34,456 nucleotides of DNA from a virus (taxonomy: Duplodnaviria; Caudoviricetes). Under the pieces are notes generated by a model. The model saw nothing but the letters and a program-made list of their open reading frames with translations, had not been told where the DNA came from and searched no databases. The position numbers were made by a program, and so were the translations under genes. This document shows, in pieces, positions 15,904 through 24,779 of this stretch. Numbering within the stretch: position 1 is the first letter of the stretch; each line of letters begins with the position of its first letter. The stretch is from the IMG/VR virus record IMGVR_UViG_3300002098_000020, positions 1 to 34,456 of that record; one strand, given 5' to 3'.

Positions 15904-18177
15904 TTAATTGTATACCTTGGGATTGCCAGCCGCAACTGCCATGTAGTCCAGTTGAGATTCGGAATCAGATCCTGATATCTCGGCCTTGATCTGTTCGGTT
16001 CTGGCCTGTGATAAACCTGCATCTGCCAGGCGTTTCTTGTCTTCTGCTGAAGGTTCTCGAGATTTGGCAGCGGCTTGACCCTGTTCAATCATTTGTTTAA
16101 CTTCATCGTCCGACGGCAAGTAACTGTCTGCTTCTTTCACACCCAGCACATACAAGGTATCAGCAAAAGGCTTCTTGACCTTGGCATACACTTCTGGTGT
16201 GAGTGTGCCTGACTGAGCCATACCTTGTGTCATTTGGTACAAATCAGTTTGACACTTCTGAATAATTTGCAAACGACCCAGGGCATTTTCCTGGCTCATC
16301 ATTCCCAGTGCAAGGTCAATGTGGATCTGTTTGCGATCACAAAAGTTCATATCGTCCCAGGCCTGGTAATCTAAGAACACAGGTTTCTTGTCTGGGTGGA
16401 ACTTGGCTGCCAATTTCTTAACACCATAGTCATCACCGTATTGTATCAGGGTACGCCACACCAACCATATGGCTTCCTTCAAGCCATCTGCGGCATTACG
16501 CACAGTATTGTCCTGAATGATTTGGTTAGGTGTCAAGGCCATTTGAAGTTTAATGCCTGAATTGCCAGGAGCCATTACTTCGGGATTGAACACATCTTGT
16601 GGCGTGGTCATTCCTACCATGGCCATTGTATCTTGTTGGATACGATTCATAGCCACTTCCAGGAACTGCAGGTTGCCGGAGGGAGGAGGTAACTGGTAGA
16701 TATCTTTGGCAGGGTCAAACTTGCTGTCCAGGATAAAGATTGCTGACTCACCGTCCTGCAACATTTCAAAGTCCAAGCGATCTGGTTTGACACCAATACG
16801 CGGTGTGGCTGTTAACAAGCCCAATTGTATTTCTGCTCTAGCCGCTGAGGTGTTGTACTCCTGCATTGGGATCACACTCTCTGCAATGCTCATACCATAG
16901 AAGTTGCCGGGCAAGGGTTTTGGACACATATTTGCCACTGGGATGAATTCCACTTCGCGGGCTGAAATAATATATGTGCCAGAGTAAATTAACTCGATCA
17001 ACTCCAATTCGCCATCACCATCAATGTCATACTTGTTCCACACAGTGACAATCGAAACCTGGCGGCTGTCTGGATCTGCTGATGCGGCTGAATCAACTGG
17101 GATACCCATAATAGGTACTGAGTCTCTTGCGTGGATGGCCAAGTTGTTGAGCACTGAACCTGCTTGATACGCACCATTCATATTGTATTCAGCGTGAACA
17201 CGGAACTCTTCCAGGTCCAGGCCAGGATACAGTTCATAGGCTTCTTGAATGGTCATTGGGTCATAGTAGCCACAGAAAGGTTGATCTTTCATTTCAGCCA
17301 CAGTGGGGTCACAAATCCAGTAGTGCTGGGCAATGGGGTTGAACTTCACACGCAGGTTATAGCCTGTGAGTTTGTATTTGGCTGTGTAAATGGTGTTGCG
17401 GTTGATGGCTTCGTTGAGTATGTCTTGTTGACCTTCCACATTGCCTGCTTGCATTTCTGTGAGTGAAGTCATTAGGTCTTCTGGGCCTTGTTCTTCGCCT
17501 AGGCTTTCAATGGTCTGATCAACCATTCCCTGAATGTGTTCTTGTTGGTGATCGCCCAGCAATTGTTTAACTTCAGCCATTACCTTTTCCAAGTCTACAT
17601 TGGTGCGTCGTCTGCTTTGGCGCAGGGCTGTTAGGCCACTTTCACTGGCCTGTTGTTCAAATGCTCGCAGTTGATCTGCTGTGCCTTGTGTTTCAACATA
17701 CCTAGTGATGGGTTCACGCACAGGCATAATCATCATCATACCGTTTTTGTGCATATTGGCATCCATGATCCAACGCTCCAAGATAAAGTGTGGATCATTT
17801 TGTTCATTGATCACTTCCGAAACCATGTTTGACGCTTGGCGTGCGGCTAGTTCATCAGTTTCACCATCAGCAACAAATTCAAAGTTGATTTCACCATTGG
17901 GGATTAGGCCTTTGGAAATTACCGCAGTAGCGTAATCCACTACTGGTTTCACACTAGGGTGAATATAATCTATGCCGTTTACTGGAGCAGTTGAATCAGT
18001 AACAGCAAGGCACAGATAGTGATAATCGCTTGCTCTATTGATAGCATTTTTGGTTCCTAAGTAGCGTAGATATGAAGCCATCTTCACATCCATTAGATTC
18101 TTCATACGCACAAAGTTGGCGTTTTGCTTTTTGTTTTGGTTAATGTCATTAACGGGAATATTTTTTATGTCCAGCAC
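15904..18177 (-). CDS. Portal protein (P22-like)
   Basis: 757 aa after TerL; INFEF, DANMHKNGMM, DIDGDGELE, FYGMSIAE, MVGM motifs; GTG start with AGGA RBS. Confidence 0.9.
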   Translation of the reverse strand: MLDIKNIPVNDINQNKKQNANFVRMKNLMDVKMASYLRYLGTKNAINRASDYHYLCLAVTDSTAPVNGIDYIHPSVKPVVDYATAVISKGLIPNGEINFEFVADGETDELAARQASNMVSEVINEQNDPHFILERWIMDANMHKNGMMMIMPVREPITRYVETQGTADQLRAFEQQASESGLTALRQSRRRTNVDLEKVMAEVKQLLGDHQQEHIQGMVDQTIESLGEEQGPEDLMTSLTEMQAGNVEGQQDILNEAINRNTIYTAKYKLTGYNLRVKFNPIAQHYWICDPTVAEMKDQPFCGYYDPMTIQEAYELYPGLDLEEFRVHAEYNMNGAYQAGSVLNNLAIHARDSVPIMGIPVDSAASADPDSRQVSIVTVWNKYDIDGDGELELIELIYSGTYIISAREVEFIPVANMCPKPLPGNFYGMSIAESVIPMQEYNTSAARAEIQLGLLTATPRIGVKPDRLDFEMLQDGESAIFILDSKFDPAKDIYQLPPPSGNLQFLEVAMNRIQQDTMAMVGMTTPQDVFNPEVMAPGNSGIKLQMALTPNQIIQDNTVRNAADGLKEAIWLVWRTLIQYGDDYGVKKLAAKFHPDKKPVFLDYQAWDDMNFCDRKQIHIDLALGMMSQENALGRLQIIQKCQTDLYQMTQGMAQSGTLTPEVYAKVKKPFADTLYVLGVKEADSYLPSDDEVKQMIEQGQAAAKSREPSAEDKKRLADAGLSQARTEQIKAEISGSDSESQLDYMAVAAGNPKVYN

Positions 18178-18201
18178 GGCGGGTTTCCTAATCTGTTATG
18201 T

Positions 18202-18207
18202 TATTTA
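18202..18207 (-). promoter_or_regulatory. TAAATA late-type promoter for portal
   Basis: GCTAAATA 24 nt upstream of the portal start. Confidence 0.65.
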
Positions 18208-18229
18208 GCGGGTGGGCTAAAGACCCCAG

Positions 18230-18472
18230 TCAATGCAGGATAATCTTGGGACGATGCACTTCTGCCAAGTGACAAGCCTGACAAGCCACAGGTTCATCGT
18301 CTGGGGGCATTTCATATATTTCTACAGGGATAGCGGCTGCGTCGCAGGTGTGCCGCATGGCCATCATGTGTGCTAGACACAGCATTGTGGCACCTTGATC
18401 CCCTACCACTATCAAGTGTGTGGCGTGGGGTACCTCATTCCAGGCTTGTCCGTATTCGTCCGTGGTTTTCAT
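18230..18472 (-). CDS. Hypothetical protein, possible Zn-binding (CLAH, CQAC)
   Basis: 80-aa ORF, ATGA-coupled to the upstream gene. Confidence 0.65.
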   Translation of the reverse strand: MKTTDEYGQAWNEVPHATHLIVVGDQGATMLCLAHMMAMRHTCDAAAIPVEIYEMPPDDEPVACQACHLAEVHRPKIILH

Positions 18473-18792
18473 TTTTTGTATTTGAGTATTAAAAAGGTTC
18501 GCAGACTGTTGTCTTCACCAGGCGCCAGTTCATCCAACCAGGCTTCAAATGTCATGGTGCGACCATTGATCATCCAGTGATGTTGCTGTTGTGCCATTTG
18601 GCTCTGCATCAGTATCTGGTTGTACTGTGCAGCCTGTTGTTGGGCCAGATTCATATTTGCACTGTGTGAGTTACTGGCCATCTGATTCTGGTTGTAGGCA
18701 TTTTGCAGTGCAGAACCAGAAGTCATGGCCAGGTTCTGTCCTGACATTGCGGTGTTGACATGTACTGGGTAGCCAAAGATTGAATTAAACAT
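18469..18792 (-). CDS. Gln/Asn/Met-rich hypothetical protein (107 aa; start revised to MFNSIFG)
   Basis: AAAGGA RBS before ATG 18792, downstream of the TerL stop. Confidence 0.6.
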   Translation of the reverse strand: MFNSIFGYPVHVNTAMSGQNLAMTSGSALQNAYNQNQMASNSHSANMNLAQQQAAQYNQILMQSQMAQQQHHWMINGRTMTFEAWLDELAPGEDNSLRTFLILKYKK

Positions 18793-18820
18793 TGCAGGTC
18801 CTTTCGTACAGTATATAGCA

Positions 18821-20431
18821 CTAGTTTGCACTGTAGGCTTTCTTCCAAGCCGGTTTGTTGGAGTCGTCGTGCCGCACATATCTATCGCGTTGAGCAGCCA
18901 TTCGTTGTTGTGGTGTTTTGTTGTCCCAATTTTCGGCTAGACCTTGAAGGCAGGCCAGGATGGCATATCTACAACTGTCCACGCAATCGTCGGGATCACT
19001 GAATCGTCCTTGTGTGTCCACATAGTAGTTGGCGGCTTCTCGCAAGAAGTCCACACAGTTCTCGTTCACCATTAAACTGCCCACTTCCAACATTTGTCGC
19101 ATTTGGTTGATACCGTAGGACTTGTGGTTGGTCACGCGACCTTGTGGGTCAGGTGGATTCATAATGGCGCCGCTTATGACATTGAGTTCGTATTGTTCGA
19201 AGAGTTCTCGGATACTTGTGCTCGACATTGTGTAGCGTCCAGGTGTGGATGCGTCCGCAGGTAGAACAATTGGAGTGCCATAAACCTCTGGTCTCAATAG
19301 GTGATTGATATACTGTGTGGGGACTGCTTCCTCAACTCCTTGAACCACTATTTGTTTATGTAGCCAGGCTGACCGTTCATACGGATCCCAATACATCAAA
19401 CTGATAACTGTTTTGTCGTTGACCAAGCCCAGGTCCAAGGCAATCACACGCTGTATGTTTGACATCTCGGCAAACTTGAAATCACCACTTGAGTAGGTTG
19501 GCCAATTGCGTAGTTGAAACACAGCACCTTTGCCCATGATAGGCCGCCCTTGCATACGAGCCTCGCGTTCGTGCGGAAGATAATCGCGCTCCAGTTGCCT
19601 TCGGGTGGTTGCAAGAAGAAAGGGCTCTCCCCATAGGTCATACTCGGGCACATCATCCCAACTCACACGAATGTAGTCATAACCCTCTTCACGATTCCAA
19701 AACTTTGATACAAGTCCATTGAGTCCTTTCAAGGGTGTGAAACTGCACAGGATCATACCTTGTGTGGTTGCTGTTCGAGTCACTATCTCACTGAAGAAGT
19801 CATCCGGTGGTTGTTCATCAAACACAGCCAGGTCCAGTTTGAAACCCTGCAGTTGTCGCACTTCTTGTGTGTAGTTGGCAAACAGCAAATAACTCTTGCC
19901 ACCACTTGTGTGTAGCACTTCAATGCCTATACAGTTGGCACCATCGCCACGCATTGTGTCTGTCACAAGGCAATGACGGGGGATGGCTCCTGTGCCTAAT
20001 GCATCACGCAGTTTGACATCTGGTGAGCCCAGCAGTTCTTGTTGTAGCACCAGGGCCACTTGACTCCAGCCTTCACCAGCCACCATACAGGTAATGGGTT
20101 TGCGAAACCTATGTCCAGTCCACCAGTCAGGATAGATGCCTGTGAGATGCATTGCTGTTTCATAACAGGTGCTTACAGTCTTGCCAATTCGGTTGGCTGC
20201 TAGGATGCCTCTACGATCACTCACTGTTTGAAAGAACTTCAACTGATGTTCAAAAGGACGAAAGTACTTGAGTTGGTTGGTGGCCATATCATCCGCCACA
20301 GCAATGGCCAAGTCTCTTAGGCTTTCTTGTGTGTGATAGTCCAGCAAGTGCAGGTTCTCGGGCGTGAGTTGATTTTGGTCACACACCCAACGAACCGCAC
20401 GACGCATTAGCACGCCTGGATCCAGCATCAA
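18821..20431 (-). CDS. terL: Terminase large subunit (P22 gp2-like)
   Basis: Walker A AANRIGKT, Walker B VFDE, coupling motif SFTP, nuclease DLG and DDCVDSCRYA. Confidence 0.95.
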   Translation of the reverse strand: MMLDPGVLMRRAVRWVCDQNQLTPENLHLLDYHTQESLRDLAIAVADDMATNQLKYFRPFEHQLKFFQTVSDRRGILAANRIGKTVSTCYETAMHLTGIYPDWWTGHRFRKPITCMVAGEGWSQVALVLQQELLGSPDVKLRDALGTGAIPRHCLVTDTMRGDGANCIGIEVLHTSGGKSYLLFANYTQEVRQLQGFKLDLAVFDEQPPDDFFSEIVTRTATTQGMILCSFTPLKGLNGLVSKFWNREEGYDYIRVSWDDVPEYDLWGEPFLLATTRRQLERDYLPHEREARMQGRPIMGKGAVFQLRNWPTYSSGDFKFAEMSNIQRVIALDLGLVNDKTVISLMYWDPYERSAWLHKQIVVQGVEEAVPTQYINHLLRPEVYGTPIVLPADASTPGRYTMSSTSIRELFEQYELNVISGAIMNPPDPQGRVTNHKSYGINQMRQMLEVGSLMVNENCVDFLREAANYYVDTQGRFSDPDDCVDSCRYAILACLQGLAENWDNKTPQQRMAAQRDRYVRHDDSNKPAWKKAYSAN

Positions 20432-20745
20432 CGACCGCCGTCAATGGGCCACGAATGTCGCACCTGTTCCAGGCTCCAAAGGCTGGCGCTGAGTGCGGCA
20501 ATCTCATCCGGCTGTGCCACCCAGGTTGCGGGTTGGTTTAACACTGTGTCCCCATCCTTGTTCAAGCAATGTTGCAGGCGTTCCATGACCAAGCGCATGG
20601 TGTGTTCCAATTGTCCTGGCAAGCGTTGCACAAAGGCTTCACGGTTGGCAGCGTTGACCTTTTGTAGGATCTTGGTTTCATCCGCACGACGGCTTTCCAC
20701 AGCATTGTGAATCATGCCGTCGCGTAGGGTGTTGTCCGAGGTCAT
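20428..20745 (-). CDS. Hypothetical helical protein coupled to terL (105 aa; alternative TerS candidate)
   Basis: 4-nt start/stop overlaps at both ends. Confidence 0.65.
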   Translation of the reverse strand: MTSDNTLRDGMIHNAVESRRADETKILQKVNAANREAFVQRLPGQLEHTMRLVMERLQHCLNKDGDTVLNQPATWVAQPDEIAALSASLWSLEQVRHSWPIDGGR

Positions 20746-21584
20746 TCGCTCAAGTCCCAAGGATTCTGTGCGGCACGCTGATCCAGGCTGATAAAGTCTC
20801 GATCAATATAGCGCACCCATTGATTGGAATCATTGTATTTCATTGTCTGCATCATTGCTTTGAGTCGTCGTCCGATAGGTGTGAGTGTGCCATCATCGCG
20901 TTGCACAATCTGTTCACCTGTTCTGGGATCCACCCACTTGATGATCTCTGGGCGAATGCGACCAAACTTGTCAATCTTTTCACCCCAGGGCTTGGGTTCA
21001 ATTGGTCCCAGTACTTCATAGGTAATAACACCATTCTTGTACTTGCGGAAGGTGCAATGCATCTTGACACCTCTAGCGTGATAGTCCGGATCCGAGTGTG
21101 GCACAAAGGCTGTGAAGAATTCATTTTGCAGGTCTTCACGGTCCGGAATGGCAGGATCACGCGGGGGCAGGGTTTTCATTGGTTCTTCAGGAACCATGTC
21201 TGCTTTGTCCAGGTAAGGATTGCCTTCACCAATGTACCGGGGATCAACTGCTGTGCCATTCAGCACATCCATTGCCACCTGGTACTTGAGTTTGTTGGCA
21301 CGACCTTTTAGGCTCAGCACAACGCCGGTCTGATCAAACACAAAGCGTTCCAGTTCAGTGGCTGTGGGGAAGTCAGTTTGCAGGCCGTCAATGTCGTATT
21401 CAGGTGAATGGATCACAACATCAACTTGATCAGCACCTGTTTTTTCAATGTGTTCAACTGCCTGTGTCAAGGCTTGAGTTTTGCTGGTGCCTGCGGGCAC
21501 AGCAATCTTTTCTTTTTTCTTTGGGGTTTCTTTTGGGACATCGTCCCAGATGTTTGCCTCGGGGGCAGGAGTGGCTTTGTTCAT
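20742..21584 (-). CDS. Hypothetical protein (280 aa; start revised to MNKATP)
   Basis: Long ORF with AAGGA RBS; no recognised motif. Confidence 0.75.
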   Translation of the reverse strand: MNKATPAPEANIWDDVPKETPKKKEKIAVPAGTSKTQALTQAVEHIEKTGADQVDVVIHSPEYDIDGLQTDFPTATELERFVFDQTGVVLSLKGRANKLKYQVAMDVLNGTAVDPRYIGEGNPYLDKADMVPEEPMKTLPPRDPAIPDREDLQNEFFTAFVPHSDPDYHARGVKMHCTFRKYKNGVITYEVLGPIEPKPWGEKIDKFGRIRPEIIKWVDPRTGEQIVQRDDGTLTPIGRRLKAMMQTMKYNDSNQWVRYIDRDFISLDQRAAQNPWDLSE

Positions 21585-21609
21585 AACATATCCTTTTTCT
21601 AAACAAATC

Positions 21610-21641
21610 AAAAACTTGAGCACACCCTGTGTGTGCCCAAG
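21610..21641 (-). terminator. Intrinsic terminator/attenuator upstream of the 280-aa/terL block
   Basis: CTTGGGCACAC-ACAGG-GTGTGCTCAAG-TTTTT (11-bp stem with one G-U). Confidence 0.7.
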
Positions 21642-21651
21642 TGGTGGTTAA

Positions 21652-21978
21652 TTAATAACCGGAAGTAGCGCCTAGTGCGCCTTTTCTAGCGCCACCAGAT
21701 TTCTGTTTGGCAGCGTTGCCTCGGGTAGGTCCACGACCCACATTGGTGTTGGTGTGCAAGCCTTCAACTGTCCGGTCTCTGAAGCCTTCCATACCTTTGC
21801 CTCTAGCGGCCACAGCATCAGTGATCATTGTGGCCAGTGCGGCCTTCTCACTACCAGTGCGGCTCTTTTCAGCCACAAAGTCTGCTCGCTTGGTACCTGT
21901 GCTTTGGTTGCCAGTGGTTGGTCCACGCTTTTGGTTGACTGCCTTGGCTTCTGGGTTCTTTGTAGATATTCTTGACAT
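21652..21978 (-). CDS. Basic Gly-rich hypothetical protein with RGPTxGN motifs
   Basis: 108-aa ORF with AAGGA RBS. Confidence 0.7.
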   Translation of the reverse strand: MSRISTKNPEAKAVNQKRGPTTGNQSTGTKRADFVAEKSRTGSEKAALATMITDAVAARGKGMEGFRDRTVEGLHTNTNVGRGPTRGNAAKQKSGGARKGALGATSGY

Positions 21979-21979
21979 A

Positions 21980-22168
21980 TTATTTCTTTCCTTTTGAGAA
22001 ACTTTTTAAAGTCTCTGCTAGTCTTGCTCGCTTGCCTTCCACACCAGGCTTCTTGGCAGCGGCAGCCAATTTCTTTGCTGGTATTTTCTGATCCTTCTTG
22101 ACACCAAGTTCTCGTTTGAGTGCACCAGGTTTCTTGATGGCACCGGCGATCCAATTTTTAGTTGCCAT
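21980..22168 (-). CDS. Small Lys-rich phage protein (62 aa, MATKNWIAGAIKKPGAL)
   Basis: AAGGA RBS; WI..AIKKPGAL...IPAKKL...RARLA.TL pattern recalled from other phages. Confidence 0.75.
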   Translation of the reverse strand: MATKNWIAGAIKKPGALKRELGVKKDQKIPAKKLAAAAKKPGVEGKRARLAETLKSFSKGKK

Positions 22169-22178
22169 TGTGATTTCC

Positions 22179-22661
22179 TTAATCGTTATACAGCACTGAT
22201 GCTGCCAATTCACTATTGACCAGTCGTGCTGGATAAGCAAATGTCTGACCTTGTGGAGCAGTAGCATACACAGCAAAGTCACCACTTGTGCCAGGTGTGA
22301 ACACCAGAGTGTGTGAACCACCCAGGGGCCAGGCAAAGCCTTGTGCTACAGGTGCCTCAGGATCTGTCACATCAAACAACTGTGCCGTGGCAGGATTGTC
22401 TTGAATCTGCGCCACATCACCTGTGGTTGTGTTCACAGTCAATTGCACAGTGACTGAACCTGTGACAGTGAGCACACTGGTGGCGGCGTTGTAACTGATT
22501 CCGGAACTGGCAGCCACATTGGCCACTTCGGTTGGGAACAGGATCTGTGCTGTGGTCTGTGTGGTGTAATTGGTCTGACCTTGATCATTGGTTGTGACAA
22601 TGCCAAGGTTCTGCACTGAAGTATTCTGTGCTGTAATGGTTGGGATAATGATTGTGGCCAT
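22179..22661 (-). CDS. Thr-rich beta protein (160 aa), possible virion decoration
   Basis: AGGAG RBS before ATG 22661 (MATIIIP). Confidence 0.65.
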   Translation of the reverse strand: MATIIIPTITAQNTSVQNLGIVTTNDQGQTNYTTQTTAQILFPTEVANVAASSGISYNAATSVLTVTGSVTVQLTVNTTTGDVAQIQDNPATAQLFDVTDPEAPVAQGFAWPLGGSHTLVFTPGTSGDFAVYATAPQGQTFAYPARLVNSELAASVLYND

Positions 22662-22662
22662 T

Positions 22663-23004
22663 TTAGACTCCTGCCTGGATGTAGATATTGCCTGTGCCGC
22701 TGACTGAGATGGCACCAACATACACATTGCCAGAATAGTTGCCTAGACTAGGATTGACCAGGGTGGTTGCACCTGTGCGAATGGCTATGCAGTCTGAACT
22801 GGCGCCACTTGTGGGATGGTTGATGGCATTGGCAGTGGCCTGTACTGTGCTAAAGGTCACAAAGGCCAAGTTGCCTGAACTGTTGTCAATCTTGAATAGT
22901 GTGCCTGGACCAGTTGATTGAGTGCCCAGGGCCACATTAGATGCTGTGGCAGTGAATGGCACATTGAATGTGTTGCCTGATGGTGTGAAAGTTACTGTTG
23001 ACAT
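22663..23004 (-). CDS. Small beta-sandwich-like protein (113 aa), possible virion decoration
   Basis: AAGGA RBS; Thr/Ser/Gly-rich beta pattern. Confidence 0.65.
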   Translation of the reverse strand: MSTVTFTPSGNTFNVPFTATASNVALGTQSTGPGTLFKIDNSSGNLAFVTFSTVQATANAINHPTSGASSDCIAIRTGATTLVNPSLGNYSGNVYVGAISVSGTGNIYIQAGV

Positions 23005-23012
23005 CCTAATCC

Positions 23013-23498
23013 TTAATACTGGCTCTTGGGGCCAAAGTTGAAGTTTGAATCACCACGGGCTGTGTTTGGTGTCCGACCAGCAGTCTCACGGTTGCTTGAA
23101 CCGCCTCCGCTCTGACCAATGCGAATCTTGTCTGGGTTGCCTGCATAGTTCTGGCCTGCCTTGGGATCCCAGGATCTTGTGCCACCCGGGTTACGCACTT
23201 GTGCACCACGATTGATTGAGTCACGCACTGAACCTTGAGCAGGTAGTGCAGGAACTGTCTTTGTAGTTGGGGTGTCACGGTATGAATCCATTGTCACACT
23301 CTTTGTGGCGCCAGGCTGGCCAGGTTTACCACAGCCCATATTGCCCCGGGTAGGACCACGACCAAAGTTCACATCGCGACCATCATTCATATGACCCGAC
23401 CAAGTGTTGGTTTGGTATTTTGAACTCCGGGAGGGAGCCATTGACTCCATACCATCAAAGTTCATATTGCGGTCTTCTTGTGTTGCACGGTTTTTCAT
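23013..23498 (-). CDS. Disordered Gly/Arg-rich protein (161 aa) with RGPTRGN motif
   Basis: ATGA-coupled to upstream gene; AAGGA RBS. Confidence 0.7.
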   Translation of the reverse strand: MKNRATQEDRNMNFDGMESMAPSRSSKYQTNTWSGHMNDGRDVNFGRGPTRGNMGCGKPGQPGATKSVTMDSYRDTPTTKTVPALPAQGSVRDSINRGAQVRNPGGTRSWDPKAGQNYAGNPDKIRIGQSGGGSSNRETAGRTPNTARGDSNFNFGPKSQY

Positions 23499-23683
23499 TT
23501 TGTTTTTCCTTTAGACATCTTGTCCTTTTTCATAGTGGCTGAGATCTTCTCACCCATCTTTTTCTTCTTACCTGCCACAGCATAGGCAATGGCCACTGCT
23601 TGCTTTACTGGTTTGCCAGCGGCAACCTCAGTCTTGATATTCTTTTGAAACGCTTTAGGGCTTTTGGATTTGTCTAATGGCAT
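23495..23683 (-). CDS. Small Lys-rich phage protein (62 aa, GKPVKQAVAIAY)
   Basis: GAGGA RBS; NIKTE..AGKP.KQAVAIA pattern recalled from phage packaging regions. Confidence 0.75.
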   Translation of the reverse strand: MPLDKSKSPKAFQKNIKTEVAAGKPVKQAVAIAYAVAGKKKKMGEKISATMKKDKMSKGKTK

Positions 23684-23700
23684 TGTGTTTTCCTCTATGT

Positions 23701-23706
23701 TATTTA
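23701..23706 (-). promoter_or_regulatory. TAAATA late-type promoter overlapping the TerS-candidate stop
   Basis: CATAAATA-ACATAGAGGAAAACACA-ATG. Confidence 0.6.
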
Positions 23707-24063
23707 TGTGTTGCGGGCGATACCAGCGATTTGGGCTATGGCTTCTGCAAAAGCCCGCTGTTTCTGCGCCACCACATCATCTGTGTCTGTGATTTCCACA
23801 GTGGTCAAGGTTGAAAGAATCTTGCCTGATATTAGGTTGTGGTATTTGTGAACCAGGTGGTTGTCATTGCCGGCTCGGGCAGTCAAGAAGTCTGTGACCA
23901 AGAGTTGTTCATAGCCCTGGCCAGTTTGGGTTTCAATGGCTTCAAGAAGGTCTTGAACAGTGACCTTGTTGCGTGTGCCCTTGGGACGCCCAGCACCTTT
24001 GCGGGCACCGCCGCGACTGCTGACCTTGGGCTTAGATTTTTTTTGATTCAATTCCGTTGTCAT
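23704..24063 (-). CDS. Putative terminase small subunit (119 aa; start revised to MTTELNQ)
   Basis: RGGARKGAGRPKGTRNK basic motif common in TerS N-termini; TAAGTA-5nt-ATG upstream. Confidence 0.6.
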   Translation of the reverse strand: MTTELNQKKSKPKVSSRGGARKGAGRPKGTRNKVTVQDLLEAIETQTGQGYEQLLVTDFLTARAGNDNHLVHKYHNLISGKILSTLTTVEITDTDDVVAQKQRAFAEAIAQIAGIARNT

Positions 24064-24068
24064 GACAA

Positions 24069-24074
24069 TACTTA
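24069..24074 (-). promoter_or_regulatory. TAAGTA variant late-type promoter, leaderless
   Basis: CATAAGTA-TTGTC-ATG(24063); same 5-nt spacing as the TAAATA sites. Confidence 0.6.
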
Positions 24075-24139
24075 TGCGGTCACAAAAAAGCCCACCGAAT
24101 TGTGGGCTCAAACCTTCCCAGTGTCTTTGCAAGGAGAGC

Positions 24140-24283
24140 CTAGGGGTTTTGTGTTTCTCGCAGGAGTTCAGATTCAATCACGGTGCGTAGCATTTCTAGT
24201 GTGGCGTCTGTGCCCCAGATCTTGACCATTCTACTGATCAGACTACGCAGGCGTGCAACTTCTAATAATCTTGAGTGTGTCAT
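24140..24283 (-). CDS. Small hypothetical protein (47 aa, MTHSRLLEV)
   Basis: TCTAAATA-ACACT-ATG upstream. Confidence 0.55.
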   Translation of the reverse strand: MTHSRLLEVARLRSLISRMVKIWGTDATLEMLRTVIESELLRETQNP

Positions 24284-24288
24284 AGTGT

Positions 24289-24294
24289 TATTTA
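24289..24294 (-). promoter_or_regulatory. TAAATA late-type promoter, leaderless
   Basis: 5 nt before ATG 24283. Confidence 0.7.
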
Positions 24295-24318
24295 GACATT
24301 TGTTGTGGCGAAGTGCAT

Positions 24319-24347
24319 AGTATAACACAAGCGTATTTCTTGGTCAA
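24319..24347 (-). promoter_or_regulatory. Sigma70-type promoter
   Basis: TTGACC-17 nt-TATACT with TGn extension. Confidence 0.7.
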
Positions 24348-24360
24348 ACACAATGTTGCC

Positions 24361-24366
24361 TAAATA
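24361..24366 (+). promoter_or_regulatory. TAAATA late-type promoter, leaderless
   Basis: CTAAATA-CTTGT-ATG(24372); 15-mer identical to the site at 12498-12512 on the minus strand. Confidence 0.75.
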
Positions 24367-24371
24367 CTTGT

Positions 24372-24779
24372 ATGCGACTGCCCAAACTCAAATACTACTA
24401 CTACGCAATGAACCCCGAATCTTACAAGCGTTTTGAAACCACACGCCAACTGCTGATCAACGAGCCCTCCGAAATCAATATCTCAACTGGTCAAGTGAGC
24501 CGGCCCACGCCGTTTCATTACTTGTATAGTCAACCCACTGTGGCTGACACACGCTTTAGGCAACTAAACAACTGGCGGGATTCAGTATATGTGCTACGCA
24601 TACCGGCGGCCATTGTGCCCAGAAAAACTCTGGAAGCCACTGATGATCCGCGTGGTATGTGGTTGTGTAGAGCCAACTTGGCCATTGAATCCTGTGCGGT
24701 AGAATGCTTTGAACTGGCTCCTGAAACATTTGAAGTGCGGGCTGAGATAGTGGCCACCAGCAAGCGACCCCGAATATGA
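24372..24779 (+). CDS. Hypothetical protein (135 aa), weak resemblance to ADP-ribosyltransferase fold
   Basis: ORF directly after TAAATA; YYYAM...YLYS..A...VYVLRIP strand pattern. Confidence 0.65.
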   Translation: MRLPKLKYYYYAMNPESYKRFETTRQLLINEPSEINISTGQVSRPTPFHYLYSQPTVADTRFRQLNNWRDSVYVLRIPAAIVPRKTLEATDDPRGMWLCRANLAIESCAVECFELAPETFEVRAEIVATSKRPRI

